A DNA stretch of 64,000 bases, from the NCBI GenBank assembly GCA_048264105.1, contig JBLXDJ010000008.1, positions 9,489 to 73,488 of the forward strand, given 5' to 3'. Origin of the DNA: Oceanospirillum sp. Its GTDB lineage: Bacteria > Pseudomonadota > Gammaproteobacteria > Pseudomonadales > Halomonadaceae. Made by a program: the position numbers and the translations under genes. Below are positions 55,355 through 64,000 of this stretch, in pieces; position 1 is the first letter of the stretch, and the number at the start of each line of letters is the position of its first letter. The notes under the pieces were generated by a model that was not told the origin of the DNA, did not search any database, and saw only the letters and a list, made by a program, of their open reading frames with translations.

Positions 55355-55678
55355 TTAGCGTTGCAGGTAGTGTTCAAAGCGAACCAGATTGGACAGCTTA
55401 GCGTTTTGCTCTTTCGATTTACGGAAGAGAACCGCCATCTTGCCAATCGTCTGAACCAGCTCTGCGCCAGTCTCTTTACGGATCTCTTCGATCAGTAATA
55501 CTTTACTTTCACGATCTGCAACACTGATGCGTACCTTGATCAGCTCGTGATCGGTCAGTGCACGGTCAACTTCGGCCAGAAGTCCGTCGCTCAGACCATT
55601 TTCAGAAACGATCACCACTGGATCAAGGTGATGGGCGATAGAGCGGTACTGTTTTTTAACTGCAGATGTCAGGGACAT
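55355..55678 (-). CDS. yhbY: CRM-domain RNA-binding ribosome assembly protein YhbY
   Basis: 107 aa starting at MSLTSAVKKQYRSIAHHLDPVVIVSENGLSDGLLAEV... (KVRI, GKMAVLFR motifs). The ORF-track start at 55726 adds 16 non-homologous residues. Confidence 0.9.
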   Translation of the reverse strand: MSLTSAVKKQYRSIAHHLDPVVIVSENGLSDGLLAEVDRALTDHELIKVRISVADRESKVLLIEEIRKETGAELVQTIGKMAVLFRKSKEQNAKLSNLVRFEHYLQR

Positions 55679-55698
55679 AAAACTTCCAGATGTGCTTG

Positions 55699-55729
55699 CC
55701 TTGAATTTGGCTTGAGTAAAACCCACATT
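55699..55729 (+). promoter_or_regulatory. Candidate sigma32-type promoter upstream of the rlmE remnant and ftsH
   Basis: CCTTGAAT-N15-CCCACATT, compared with CTTGAAA-N13-17-CCCCATNT. In E. coli the rlmE(ftsJ)-ftsH operon is a heat-shock operon. Confidence 0.45.
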
Positions 55730-55816
55730 GTAGCTAAGTGCAGAGCGGATGGTAATCTCTGACCGACGTTTGTTTACAGGAAATTGATGTAGTTGGATTA
55801 AGTCGGGCGCCTCAGG

Positions 55817-56026
55817 ATGTCTCTGGTGGAACTTGCACTTGATCTGGCATCACGTACGCTTAAGAAAGATGATGTCTTTCTGGCTAAGGTGTTTCAGGGG
55901 AAAGGCTTCGATGCTGACTTGAAACAACCGAGAGAGCAGTTTAAAACCGTTATTACAAGAAAGCCGGATGCCTCACGGGCAAGATCCGGAGAAGTTTATC
56001 TTCTCGCAAAAGGATTTAAAGGCTAA
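55817..56026 (+). pseudogene. rlmE: 3' remnant of rlmE/ftsJ (23S rRNA U2552 2'-O-methyltransferase); the N-terminal ~140 codons are absent
   Basis: The 69-aa [72 protein letters not shown] aligns with E. coli RlmE residues ~141-209 ([35 protein letters not shown]...RKPDSSRARSREVYIVA). Only 138 nt separate it from the yhbY start, so the SAM-binding half cannot be encoded here. Confidence 0.8.
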
Positions 56027-56131
56027 ACCCTGGTCGGATGGTTGAACCGATTGGAGTATAGTATTGTCTATTAAGGATCCTGAAATGCAGGCAATCAAAG
56101 CGATCAAACAGAGGGTGAGCCCTTGAACGAT

Positions 56132-58120
56132 ATGGCAAAAAATTTAATTCTGTGGCTGATTATCGCTGCAGTTTTATTAACAGTATTTAATAATTTCAGT
56201 GTTGATTCATCACCACTGCGCATGAACTACACCGACTTCATTGAAGAAGTGCAGCGTGATCAGGTGCGCAAAATTGTGGTCGACGGTTATGTGATTTCCG
56301 GCGAGCGCATCGATGGCAGTCGTTTTGAAACGATTCGTCCGTCGGTTCAGGATCCTAAGCTGATGGATGATCTGATTAAGCATCAGGTTACCGTAGAAGG
56401 CCGTCAGCCTGAGCAGCAAAGTGTCTGGTCCCGTCTGCTGGTGGCCAGTTTCCCTATCCTGATTATCCTGGCGATTTTCTTCTTCTTTATGCGCCAGATG
56501 CAGGGCGGCGGTGGTGGCGGTAAAGGCCCCATGAGTTTTGGTAAGTCCAAAGCGCGTCTGTTGGCTCAGGATCAGATCAAAACCACTTTTGCTGACGTGG
56601 CGGGTGTTGATGAAGCCAAGGAAGAAGTAAAAGAACTGGTGGATTTCCTGCGTGATCCGGGCAAATTCCAGCGTCTGGGCGGTAAAATCCCTCGCGGCGT
56701 ACTGATGGTGGGTCAGCCGGGTACCGGTAAGACCATGCTTGCGAAAGCGATTGCCGGTGAAGCCAAAGTACCTTTCTTCACTATTTCCGGTTCTGACTTT
56801 GTTGAGATGTTTGTGGGTGTGGGTGCGTCCCGTGTCCGTGACATGTTTGAACAGGCTAAAAAGCAGGCACCTTGTATCATCTTTATCGATGAGATTGATG
56901 CAGTAGGTCGTCAGCGTGGCTCCGGCATGGGCGGTGGTCATGATGAGCGTGAACAGACTCTGAACCAGTTGCTGGTTGAGATGGATGGTTTTGAAGGTAA
57001 CGAAGGTATTATCGTTATCGCAGCAACCAACCGTCCGGATGTTCTGGATGCCGCTCTGCTGCGTCCGGGTCGTTTTGACCGTCAGGTGACCGTTGGTCTG
57101 CCTGATATCCGTGGTCGTGAGCAGATTCTGAAAGTACACATGCGTAAAGTGCCGATCGCAGATGATGTCGATCCTGCAATTATTGCTCGTGGTACGCCTG
57201 GCTTCTCCGGTGCGGATCTTGCCAACCTGGTGAACGAAGCAGCTCTGTTCGCAGCGCGCAGCGACAGTCGTCTGGTGCGTATGGTCGAGTTTGATCTGGC
57301 GAAAGATAAGATCATCATGGGTACTGAGCGTAAGACCATGGTGATGTCTGAGAAAGAGAAGCTGAATACGGCTTATCATGAGGCGGGCCATGCGATTGTT
57401 GGTCGTGTGGTGCCTGAACATGACCCTGTGTACAAGGTGAGTATCATTCCGCGTGGTCGTGCGCTGGGTGTCACCATGTTCCTGCCGGAAGAAGATCGTT
57501 ACAGCCAGAGCCGTACCGGTTTGCTGAGTCAGATCTGTAGTCTCTATGGTGGTCGTATCGCTGAAGAGATGACGCTGGGCTTTGATGGCGTTACCACAGG
57601 TGCTGCCAACGATATCAAGCGTGCTACTGAGATCGCTCATAGCATGGTGACCAAGTGGGGTCTGTCCCGCGAGCTTGGTCCACTGATGTATAACGAAGAT
57701 GAGTCACATCAGTTCCTGGGTGGCCCTGGTGGCGGCGGTGCCGGTAAGTTCTCCTCCGCAGAGATCTCCAGCAAGCTCGACAAAGAAGTTCGTAGCGTGA
57801 TCGATGAGTGCTATGACCGGGCGATGCAGATTCTGACTGAGAATCGTGACAAGCTGGATATGATGGCTGAAGCTCTGATGAAGTACGAAACCATCGATGC
57901 CAAGCAGATTGATGCCATTATGGAAGGCCGTGAGCCGGATGCACCTGAAGGTTGGGTGGAGAAGGGGCACGATGCCGCAGCAGAAGCTGCTACCGAGCCA
58001 AAGGCTGAGTCCAATGTTGCACCGATTCGTCCTGTGGATGAAGAGGAGCAGAAACCAGCGGATTCCGCATCAGATGATGCTGATCAGAGCGGTAACGATC
58101 AGGATAAACCGAAAGAATAA
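56132..58120 (+). CDS. ftsH: ATP-dependent zinc metalloprotease FtsH
   Basis: Begins with the canonical [17 protein letters not shown]-terminus. Walker [12 protein letters not shown], and HEAGH zinc motif are present. An in-frame TTG at 56123 with better RBS spacing is an alternative start. Confidence 0.96.
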   Translation: MAKNLILWLIIAAVLLTVFNNFSVDSSPLRMNYTDFIEEVQRDQVRKIVVDGYVISGERIDGSRFETIRPSVQDPKLMDDLIKHQVTVEGRQPEQQSVWSRLLVASFPILIILAIFFFFMRQMQGGGGGGKGPMSFGKSKARLLAQDQIKTTFADVAGVDEAKEEVKELVDFLRDPGKFQRLGGKIPRGVLMVGQPGTGKTMLAKAIAGEAKVPFFTISGSDFVEMFVGVGASRVRDMFEQAKKQAPCIIFIDEIDAVGRQRGSGMGGGHDEREQTLNQLLVEMDGFEGNEGIIVIAATNRPDVLDAALLRPGRFDRQVTVGLPDIRGREQILKVHMRKVPIADDVDPAIIARGTPGFSGADLANLVNEAALFAARSDSRLVRMVEFDLAKDKIIMGTERKTMVMSEKEKLNTAYHEAGHAIVGRVVPEHDPVYKVSIIPRGRALGVTMFLPEEDRYSQSRTGLLSQICSLYGGRIAEEMTLGFDGVTTGAANDIKRATEIAHSMVTKWGLSRELGPLMYNEDESHQFLGGPGGGGAGKFSSAEISSKLDKEVRSVIDECYDRAMQILTENRDKLDMMAEALMKYETIDAKQIDAIMEGREPDAPEGWVEKGHDAAAEAATEPKAESNVAPIRPVDEEEQKPADSASDDADQSGNDQDKPKE

Positions 58121-58203
58121 GGTTTATCCTGCGAACCTCTGATTCGCTTGCCTAACCTAAAGGGCGTGATTTAAAGTGTTTGATTTTAAAGCGGGAATGC
58201 TTG

Positions 58204-59055
58204 ATGTCGAACCTTGAATCACGCCCTTTTTGTTTTGGCCGCCATACACTGGATCTGAACCGGATACAGGTTATGGGCATACTGAATGTCACGCCTGACT
58301 CTTTCTCCGATGGTGGTTGTCATAACGAACTGGATGCTGCTCGTTACCACGCAGAGGCGATGATCAAAGCGGGTGCCAGCCTGATCGATGTCGGCGGAGA
58401 GTCGACCCGCCCTGGCGCTGCTATCGTTTCAGAGCAGGAAGAGCTGGATCGGGTGTTGCCGGTTGTTGAGGTTCTGGTACGTGAATTTGATGCTCTGGTC
58501 TCTGTGGATACCAGTACGGCGGCGGTGATCCGTGAATCAGCCATAGCCGGTGCGAGCCTGATTAATGATGTCCGAGCTTTAGAGAAAGAAGGCGCTTTGA
58601 AAGCCGCAGCAGACAGCGGTTTGCCCGTCTGCCTGATGCATATGCAGGGGCAGCCGCAAACGATGCAGGATGATCCCTCTTACGGAAATCTGCTGAAAGA
58701 GGTGACGGGCTATCTGCGGCAGCGTGTCGATGCCTGTCTCGAGGCGGGTATTGGAAAAGATCAGATCATTCTTGATCCGGGTTATGGTTTTGGCAAGAGT
58801 GTCGAGCATAATTGCAGTCTGATCAAGCACTTAAGTGATATATCGGCAATGGGATACCCCTTGCTGACCGGAACCTCCCGCAAAAGTATGTTGGGGGCGA
58901 TCACCGGAAAAGAGATTCCCGCAGAGCGTGTCATCGCCAGTGTGGCCAGTGCGCTGATTTGTGCGCAGAGCGGCGCCTGGATTTTGCGGGTTCATGATGT
59001 GGAAGAGACAATTGATGCACTGAAAGTTTATCAGGCAGTGCAGGGAGCAGAATAA
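58204..59055 (+). CDS. folP: Dihydropteroate synthase
   Basis: 283 aa starting at [32 protein letters not shown] and DPGYGFGK are present. The ORF-track start at 58180 is 8 codons upstream. Confidence 0.94.
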   Translation: MSNLESRPFCFGRHTLDLNRIQVMGILNVTPDSFSDGGCHNELDAARYHAEAMIKAGASLIDVGGESTRPGAAIVSEQEELDRVLPVVEVLVREFDALVSVDTSTAAVIRESAIAGASLINDVRALEKEGALKAAADSGLPVCLMHMQGQPQTMQDDPSYGNLLKEVTGYLRQRVDACLEAGIGKDQIILDPGYGFGKSVEHNCSLIKHLSDISAMGYPLLTGTSRKSMLGAITGKEIPAERVIASVASALICAQSGAWILRVHDVEETIDALKVYQAVQGAE

Positions 59056-59057
59056 TA

Positions 59058-60404
59058 ATGAGTCGTAAGTATTTTGGTACCGATGGTATCCGTGGGCGTG
59101 TGGGTGAAGGTGCAGTAACGGCTGAATTTATGCTGAAGCTGGGTTGGGCTGCCGGTAAGGTGTTCAATCAAAAGGGGCATAACAAGATCCTGATCGGTAA
59201 AGATACCCGTATCTCCGGCTATATGTTTGAGTCGGCGCTTGAGGCGGGCTTGTCGGCAGCGGGTGTCGATGTCTATCTGCTGGGCCCCATGCCAACACCG
59301 GGTATCGCTTATCTGACACGTACCTTTCATGCTCAGGCAGGTATTGTAATCAGCGCTTCCCACAACTCATTTGAAGATAATGGCATCAAGTTCTTCTCCG
59401 CTCAGGGCACTAAGCTGCCGGATGATATCGAAGCTGCTATTGAAGCGATACTGGATGAGCCTATGGTGACGGTGAGTCCGGATAAGCTGGGTAAGGCTAA
59501 GCGTATTGAAGATGCAGCCGGACGTTATATCGAGTTTTGTAAGAGCACCTTCCCGAACGAATATGATCTGCATGGGCTTAAAATTGTGCTCGATTGCGCT
59601 CATGGCGCGACCTATCACATTGCACCGTCTGTGTTCACCGAGCTGGGTGCAGAGGTTGTCTCGATTGGCGATAAGCCCGATGGACTGAACATCAATAAAG
59701 GGGTAGGTTCGACATCCCCTGCCGCTTTGCAGGCTGCTGTTGTTGAGCATCAGGCTGATCTGGGTATCGCTTTTGACGGTGATGGCGATCGTGTTGCCAT
59801 GGTGGATAAAGAGGGACGTCTGCTGGATGGTGATGATTTGCTGTATATCATTGCGACCGATATGCAGGCGCAGGGTACTCTGTGCGGTGGTGTCGTCGGT
59901 ACTCTGATGAGTAACTTCGGTCTTGAAAAGGCTTTTGCTGAGCTGGATATTCCGTTTACCCGCGCTAAGGTCGGTGACCGTTACGTGATGGCGGAGCTAA
60001 AGGGTAACGACTGGCGTGTCGGTGGTGAGAACTCTGGTCACATCGTTTGTCAGCATGTTCAGACCACCGGTGATGGTATTGTATCAGCGCTGCAGGTGAT
60101 GGCGGCGGTGGCCCGTAGCGGCAAATCGCTCTCTGAGCTGTTGGCACCGCTGAATAAACTGCCCCAGATTTTGGTAAACGTGCGCCTGGGCAACGCTTCG
60201 GCGGCTGACGTGCAGAACGCCCCTTCTGTGAAGGCTAAGATTGCCGAGGTAGAGCAGGCACTGGAAGGTCGGGGTCGTCTTCTGTTGCGTCCATCCGGAA
60301 CGGAGCCTCTGATTCGGGTGATGACAGAAGGTGAAAACGAAGCTGAAGTGACCGCGCTGGCGGAAGGCTTAGCTGAAATAATTAAGCAAGAAGTCGCCGG
60401 ATAA
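59058..60404 (+). CDS. glmM: Phosphoglucosamine mutase
   Basis: 448 aa. [11 protein letters not shown], the active-site [13 protein letters not shown], and GDGDR are present. Confidence 0.96.
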   Translation: MSRKYFGTDGIRGRVGEGAVTAEFMLKLGWAAGKVFNQKGHNKILIGKDTRISGYMFESALEAGLSAAGVDVYLLGPMPTPGIAYLTRTFHAQAGIVISASHNSFEDNGIKFFSAQGTKLPDDIEAAIEAILDEPMVTVSPDKLGKAKRIEDAAGRYIEFCKSTFPNEYDLHGLKIVLDCAHGATYHIAPSVFTELGAEVVSIGDKPDGLNINKGVGSTSPAALQAAVVEHQADLGIAFDGDGDRVAMVDKEGRLLDGDDLLYIIATDMQAQGTLCGGVVGTLMSNFGLEKAFAELDIPFTRAKVGDRYVMAELKGNDWRVGGENSGHIVCQHVQTTGDGIVSALQVMAAVARSGKSLSELLAPLNKLPQILVNVRLGNASAADVQNAPSVKAKIAEVEQALEGRGRLLLRPSGTEPLIRVMTEGENEAEVTALAEGLAEIIKQEVAG

Positions 60405-60472
60405 GGCGGCTTCACCTTGTCAGTCGGGTTGGCATGAAGTAATATTTTGCGCCCTGAAATACAGGAATTGAT

Positions 60473-61219
60473 ATGCGTAAGAAAATTGTCGCCGGTAACT
60501 GGAAAATGAACGGCTCATACGAGCTGTTAAATACTCTGGTTCCTGCTCTGGCTGAAGAGGCCAAACAATCAAAAGCCGATATTCTGGTTTGCCCGCCAGC
60601 CCTGTTTCTGGGTGAAGCGCGTCGGCTGGCTGGTGATCATCTGTTGATTGGTGCTCAAAACTGCCATGAGGCGGCGTCGGGGGCTTATACAGGCGAGATC
60701 GCCACAGGCATGCTGGCTGAAATGCAGCTGAGTCATGTGCTGGTTGGCCACTCAGAGCGTCGTGCTATTTATGGCGAGACAGATGCGTTGATTGCTGAGA
60801 AAACAAAAGCAGCAATCGCCTCCGGCCTGATTGCGGTTCTTTGTGTTGGCGAAACGCTTGAAGAAAGAGAATCCGGCCGCACGTTAGATGTTGTTCTGGG
60901 GCAGGTGAAGGCTGTTGTTGATCAGCTCTCATTGGCCGACTGGGATCGTCTGGTTGTGGCTTACGAGCCGGTCTGGGCGATTGGCACAGGCAAAACTGCA
61001 AGTAGTGAGCAGGCTCAGGAAGTCCATCTGGCGATTCGTGAAGCACTGGCTGAGTACAGCCAGGAGCATGCGGATGCAATGCGTATTCTGTATGGTGGCA
61101 GTGTGAAGGCGGCAAATGCAGCAGAGTTGTTTGCCTGTCCTGATATTGATGGTGGCCTGGTTGGTGGCGCATCACTTAACGCAGACGAATTTATTTCAAT
61201 TTGCCGCGCGGCGAATTAA
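60473..61219 (+). CDS. tpiA: Triose-phosphate isomerase
   Basis: 248 aa. VAGNWKMNG, VGHSERR, AYEPVWAIGTG and GGASL are present. Confidence 0.96.
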   Translation: MRKKIVAGNWKMNGSYELLNTLVPALAEEAKQSKADILVCPPALFLGEARRLAGDHLLIGAQNCHEAASGAYTGEIATGMLAEMQLSHVLVGHSERRAIYGETDALIAEKTKAAIASGLIAVLCVGETLEERESGRTLDVVLGQVKAVVDQLSLADWDRLVVAYEPVWAIGTGKTASSEQAQEVHLAIREALAEYSQEHADAMRILYGGSVKAANAAELFACPDIDGGLVGGASLNADEFISICRAAN

Positions 61220-61234
61220 GCATAGGTCGATATA

Positions 61235-61597
61235 ATGGAAACCGTAATTCTGGCAGTACACGTAGTTCTGGCGATTGCTCTTGTGGGTCTGGTTATGATT
61301 CAGCAGGGTAAGGGTGCAGAAGCAGGCGCTTCCTTTGGTGGCGGTGCTTCGCAAACTGTTTTCGGCAGCACAGGAAATACTAGCTTTTTAGGTCGTATTA
61401 CCGCTATACTTGCGGCCCTGTTTTTTGCGACAAGCTTGGCTTTGGCTTTTTATGCCAGCCAGCAGGCGAAAAGCAGCAGTCAGTCTGCAGACACGGGTAT
61501 CGTGACTGAGCAGGCGCAGAAAGAAGCTGTTGGTGGCCTTCCTGTACTGGAAGATAATGCAGCGCCTGCTGATGGCGATGTACCTGCAGAGCGATAA
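61235..61597 (+). CDS. secG: Preprotein translocase subunit SecG
   Basis: 120 aa with two TM segments. QQGKGAEAGASFGGGASQTVFGS is canonical SecG. Confidence 0.94.
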   Translation: METVILAVHVVLAIALVGLVMIQQGKGAEAGASFGGGASQTVFGSTGNTSFLGRITAILAALFFATSLALAFYASQQAKSSSQSADTGIVTEQAQKEAVGGLPVLEDNAAPADGDVPAER

Positions 61598-61671
61598 GAT
61601 TAAGTTTTACGTGCTGAGTTTCTGACTTGGCACGCGCAGAGCCCTCAGCGGTTCTGTCTGATTCAGAATAT

Positions 61672-61758
61672 GCCGAAGTGGTGGAATTGGTAGACACGCC
61701 ATCTTGAGGGGGTGGTGACCTTATGGTCGTGCGGGTTCAAGTCCCGCTTTCGGCACCA
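61672..61758 (+). tRNA. leuU: tRNA-Leu (anticodon GAG), long variable arm, CCA encoded
   Basis: GCCGAAGTGGTGGAATTGGTAGACACGCCATCTTGAGGGGGTGG...GGGTTCAAGTCCCGCTTTCGGCACCA is nearly identical in architecture to E. coli leuU. Located downstream of secG, as in E. coli. Confidence 0.95.
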
Positions 61759-61813
61759 AATTAGCGCAGCAGTCTGCCAAGACTGTGTTTATGGCTTGTT
61801 TGAAAATAGTCGG

Positions 61814-61842
61814 TTGACTATTGGATGCATTGCCCATAGAAT
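61814..61842 (+). promoter_or_regulatory. Sigma70 promoter for the tRNA-fMet/rimP-nusA operon
   Basis: TTGACT-N17-TAGAAT, ending 15 nt before the tRNA 5' end. Confidence 0.65.
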
Positions 61843-61857
61843 GTGCACCTTCATTGA

Positions 61858-61934
<77 letters not shown>

Positions 61935-61945
61935 ATTTTCTATAA

Positions 61946-61974
61946 CAAAAAGCCCCTTTTATAGGGGCTTTTTG
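61946..61974 (+). terminator. Intrinsic terminator/attenuator after tRNA-fMet
   Basis: AAAAAGCCCCT-ttta-TAGGGGCTTTTTG. Confidence 0.8.
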
Positions 61975-62021
61975 TTAGCTGCAAAAAAAGTTCAGCTTTC
62001 TTATTTTTTCAGGGTGATTAG

Positions 62022-62483
62022 ATGGCAAAGAAAGAGACTTTGCTGATCGATCTGGCCAAGCCAGTTGTCGAAGCACTGGGGCTCGAGTTTTGGGGTTTGG
62101 AATACAAACCTCAGGGCAATCATTCTATGTTGCGGGTATTTATCGATGGACCGGATGGCGTCACAGTAGACAACTGTGCAGAAGTCAGTCGTCAGTTCAG
62201 CGGTGTTCTGGATGTAGAAGACCCGATCAGTAGTGAATATACGCTGGAGGTATCATCTCCGGGTATGGACCGTCCTTTATTTACCCTGGATCAGTTTGCT
62301 CGTTATAAAGGCTATACCGTAGCCCTGAAGCTGAACCTTGCGTATGAAGGAAGACGTAAATTTTCCGGCATTCTGAATGGCATCGAAGAAGATGAGGTGC
62401 TGGTGATTGTCGATCAGGAAGAATACTGTTTTCCAATCGAGAATATTGAGCAGGCTCGGATAGTGCCGCAGTTTGATAACTAA
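62022..62483 (+). CDS. rimP: Ribosome maturation factor RimP
   Basis: 153 aa. LRVFIDGPDGVTVDNCAEVSRQFSGVLDVEDPISSEYTLEVSSPGMDRPL is canonical RimP. Confidence 0.95.
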   Translation: MAKKETLLIDLAKPVVEALGLEFWGLEYKPQGNHSMLRVFIDGPDGVTVDNCAEVSRQFSGVLDVEDPISSEYTLEVSSPGMDRPLFTLDQFARYKGYTVALKLNLAYEGRRKFSGILNGIEEDEVLVIVDQEEYCFPIENIEQARIVPQFDN

Positions 62484-62506
62484 GGACTTTTTGTTGAGGC
62501 AATGGC

Positions 62507-64000
62507 ATGAGTAAAGAGATTCTTCTGGTAGTAGATGCCGTTTCAAACGAGAAAGGCGTTTCCAAAGAAGTGATTTTTGAGGCGATCGAATTAGCTCTGG
62601 CTAGTGCCTCCAAAAAGCGTTTCGAAGGCGAAGAGGCGGACGTCCGCGTAGCAATTGACCGCAGAACCGGCGAATATGACACCTTCCGTCGCTGGACAAT
62701 TGTAGAGGATATTGAGCTGGATGATGTGGACTATGAGATCTCATTGACCAATGCTCAGAAGAAAGATCCTTCCCTGAATCTGGGCGATGTGATTGAAGAG
62801 CAGATCGAATCTGTTGCTTTCGGTCGTATCGCTGCACAGACCGCTAAACAGGTCATCGTACAGAAAGTACGTGAAGCTGAACGCGCTGAAATTGTACGTC
62901 AGTACTCAGAGCGTGAAGGCGAAATCGTTAACGGTACTGTCAAGAAAACCACCCGTGATGGCGTTATCGTAGACCTTGGCAACAATGCCGAAGGTTATCT
63001 GCCGCGTGATGAGATGATCGCTGGTGAAAAGTACCGCATGAATGATCGTGTTCGTGCGCTGCTGGCAGAAGTTCGTCCCGATGCACGTTCCGGTCAGCTA
63101 TTGCTGAGCCGTGCTCGTCCGGCATTCCTGATTGAACTGTTCCGTATTGAAGTACCGGAAATTGCTGAACAGCTGATCGAGATCCGTGGCGCCGCACGTG
63201 ATGCGGGTTTACGCGCTAAAATTGCGGTTAAAACGAACGATAAACGTATCGACCCTGTTGGTGCGTGTGTAGGTATGCGTGGTTCCCGTGTACAGGCGGT
63301 TTCGTCTGAACTGGGTAACGAGCGTGTCGATATCGTCATGTGGGACGATAACCCTGCTCAGCTGGTTATCAATGCGATGGCTCCTGCTGAAGTAGCATCC
63401 ATTATTGTTGATGAAGACAAGAATGAAATGGATGTTGCGGTAGATTCTGAGAATCTGGCGCAGGCGATCGGTCGCAACGGTCAGAATGTTCGTTTGGCAA
63501 GTGAGCTGACGGGCTGGAAGATCAATGTGATGACCGAAGAAGAAGCTGAAGCCAAGCAGGGCGAAGAGTTCGACAGCGTAGTTCAGGTGTTTATCAACCA
63601 TATGGATGTTGATGAAGAGCTGGCTCGCGTACTGGTGGAAGAAGGTTTCACCAGTCTGGAAGAAGTGGCCTATGTGCCAATTGATGAAATGTTGGCCATT
63701 GAAGGCTTTGATGAAGATTTAGTTAAAGAACTGCGCAGCCGTGCGAAAGATGAGCTGCTGAATCTGGCGATTGCTGACGAAGAGCAACTGGAAGATTCTG
63801 AACCAGCCGAAGATCTGCTGAATATGGAAGGTATCGACAAACACCTTGCATATGTATTGGCAAGTAAAGGTATCTGTACCATGGAAGATCTTGCTGAACA
63901 GTCCATTGACGACTTGCTTGATATTGATGGTATGTCTGAGGAGAAAGCCGGCCAGTTAATTATGACGGCCCGTGCACCTTGGTTTGAGGGCGGCGAGTAG
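62507..64000 (+). CDS. nusA: Transcription termination/antitermination factor NusA (complete; the stop codon occupies the last 3 nt of the window)
   Basis: 497 aa. N-terminal [35 protein letters not shown]1 and KH domains, and two C-terminal HhH acidic repeats. Confidence 0.96.
   Translation: MSKEILLVVDAVSNEKGVSKEVIFEAIELALASASKKRFEGEEADVRVAIDRRTGEYDTFRRWTIVEDIELDDVDYEISLTNAQKKDPSLNLGDVIEEQIESVAFGRIAAQTAKQVIVQKVREAERAEIVRQYSEREGEIVNGTVKKTTRDGVIVDLGNNAEGYLPRDEMIAGEKYRMNDRVRALLAEVRPDARSGQLLLSRARPAFLIELFRIEVPEIAEQLIEIRGAARDAGLRAKIAVKTNDKRIDPVGACVGMRGSRVQAVSSELGNERVDIVMWDDNPAQLVINAMAPAEVASIIVDEDKNEMDVAVDSENLAQAIGRNGQNVRLASELTGWKINVMTEEEAEAKQGEEFDSVVQVFINHMDVDEELARVLVEEGFTSLEEVAYVPIDEMLAIEGFDEDLVKELRSRAKDELLNLAIADEEQLEDSEPAEDLLNMEGIDKHLAYVLASKGICTMEDLAEQSIDDLLDIDGMSEEKAGQLIMTARAPWFEGGE

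Noticed and set aside
55780-55815. Possible vestige of RlmE motif I in another frame ([13 protein letters not shown] versus VVDLGAAPGGW).
   Set aside because: Only about 5 of 8 residues agree. The frame is closed by a stop 9 codons upstream, and there is no room for the ~55 residues that should precede the motif. This is most likely chance similarity.

Overview
This 64-kb window comes from a gammaproteobacterial chromosome. Gene order is Pseudomonas/Oceanospirillales-like (comM-ubiK-glnK-amtB; radC-coaBC-dut-argB; grpE-dnaK-dnaJ-dapB-carAB-greA-yhbY-ftsH-folP-glmM-tpiA-secG-tRNALeu-tRNAfMet-rimP-nusA); the taxon is inference only. Only the left ~3.08 kb is accessory. It is the distal end of a genomic island carrying the 3' half of a Wadjet-type SMC ATPase (jetC, open at the window edge), jetD (Toprim/DUF2220) and a ~200-bp AT-rich terminal segment. 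The island is inserted inside comM (yifB), leaving a 285-codon 5' comM fragment. The junction (~3076-3085) has a TGT...ACA-type terminus, 20-bp phased WTGATW motifs and an ACCGC pentamer, which suggests a Tn7-family (AbaR/Tn6022-like) comM-targeting element with defence cargo. The remaining ~61 kb is ordinary core genome:
- nitrogen (sigma54-driven glnK-amtB plus a second PII gene) and copper chaperones (PCuAC, Sco1);
- ldhA, mutM, rpmBG, CoA and arginine genes, slmA, a REC-REC-GGDEF regulator and an RND pump;
- rpoH, ftsYEX, coaD, a MATE pump, an Ask-type aspartokinase and an orphan Cache histidine kinase;
- ssrA/smpB, ratA-rnfH, bamE, fur, recN, the dnaK operon, cysE, dapB, carAB, greA, ftsH, the tRNAs and nusA.
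Four points in the core merit a second look. One is an unannotated 41-codon membrane-peptide gene behind a perfect sigma54 promoter with an upstream repeat cluster. Another is rlmE (ftsJ) reduced to a 69-codon 3' remnant while its heat-shock-type promoter and ftsH are retained. The third is an initiator tRNA with U1-U72 instead of C1-A72. The fourth is a terminator-like leader with a mini-ORF upstream of carA. I found no CRISPR array, rRNA or IS element. I see no convincing evidence of a wholly new multi-gene system inside the window; the most promising lead is the island that continues beyond the left edge.
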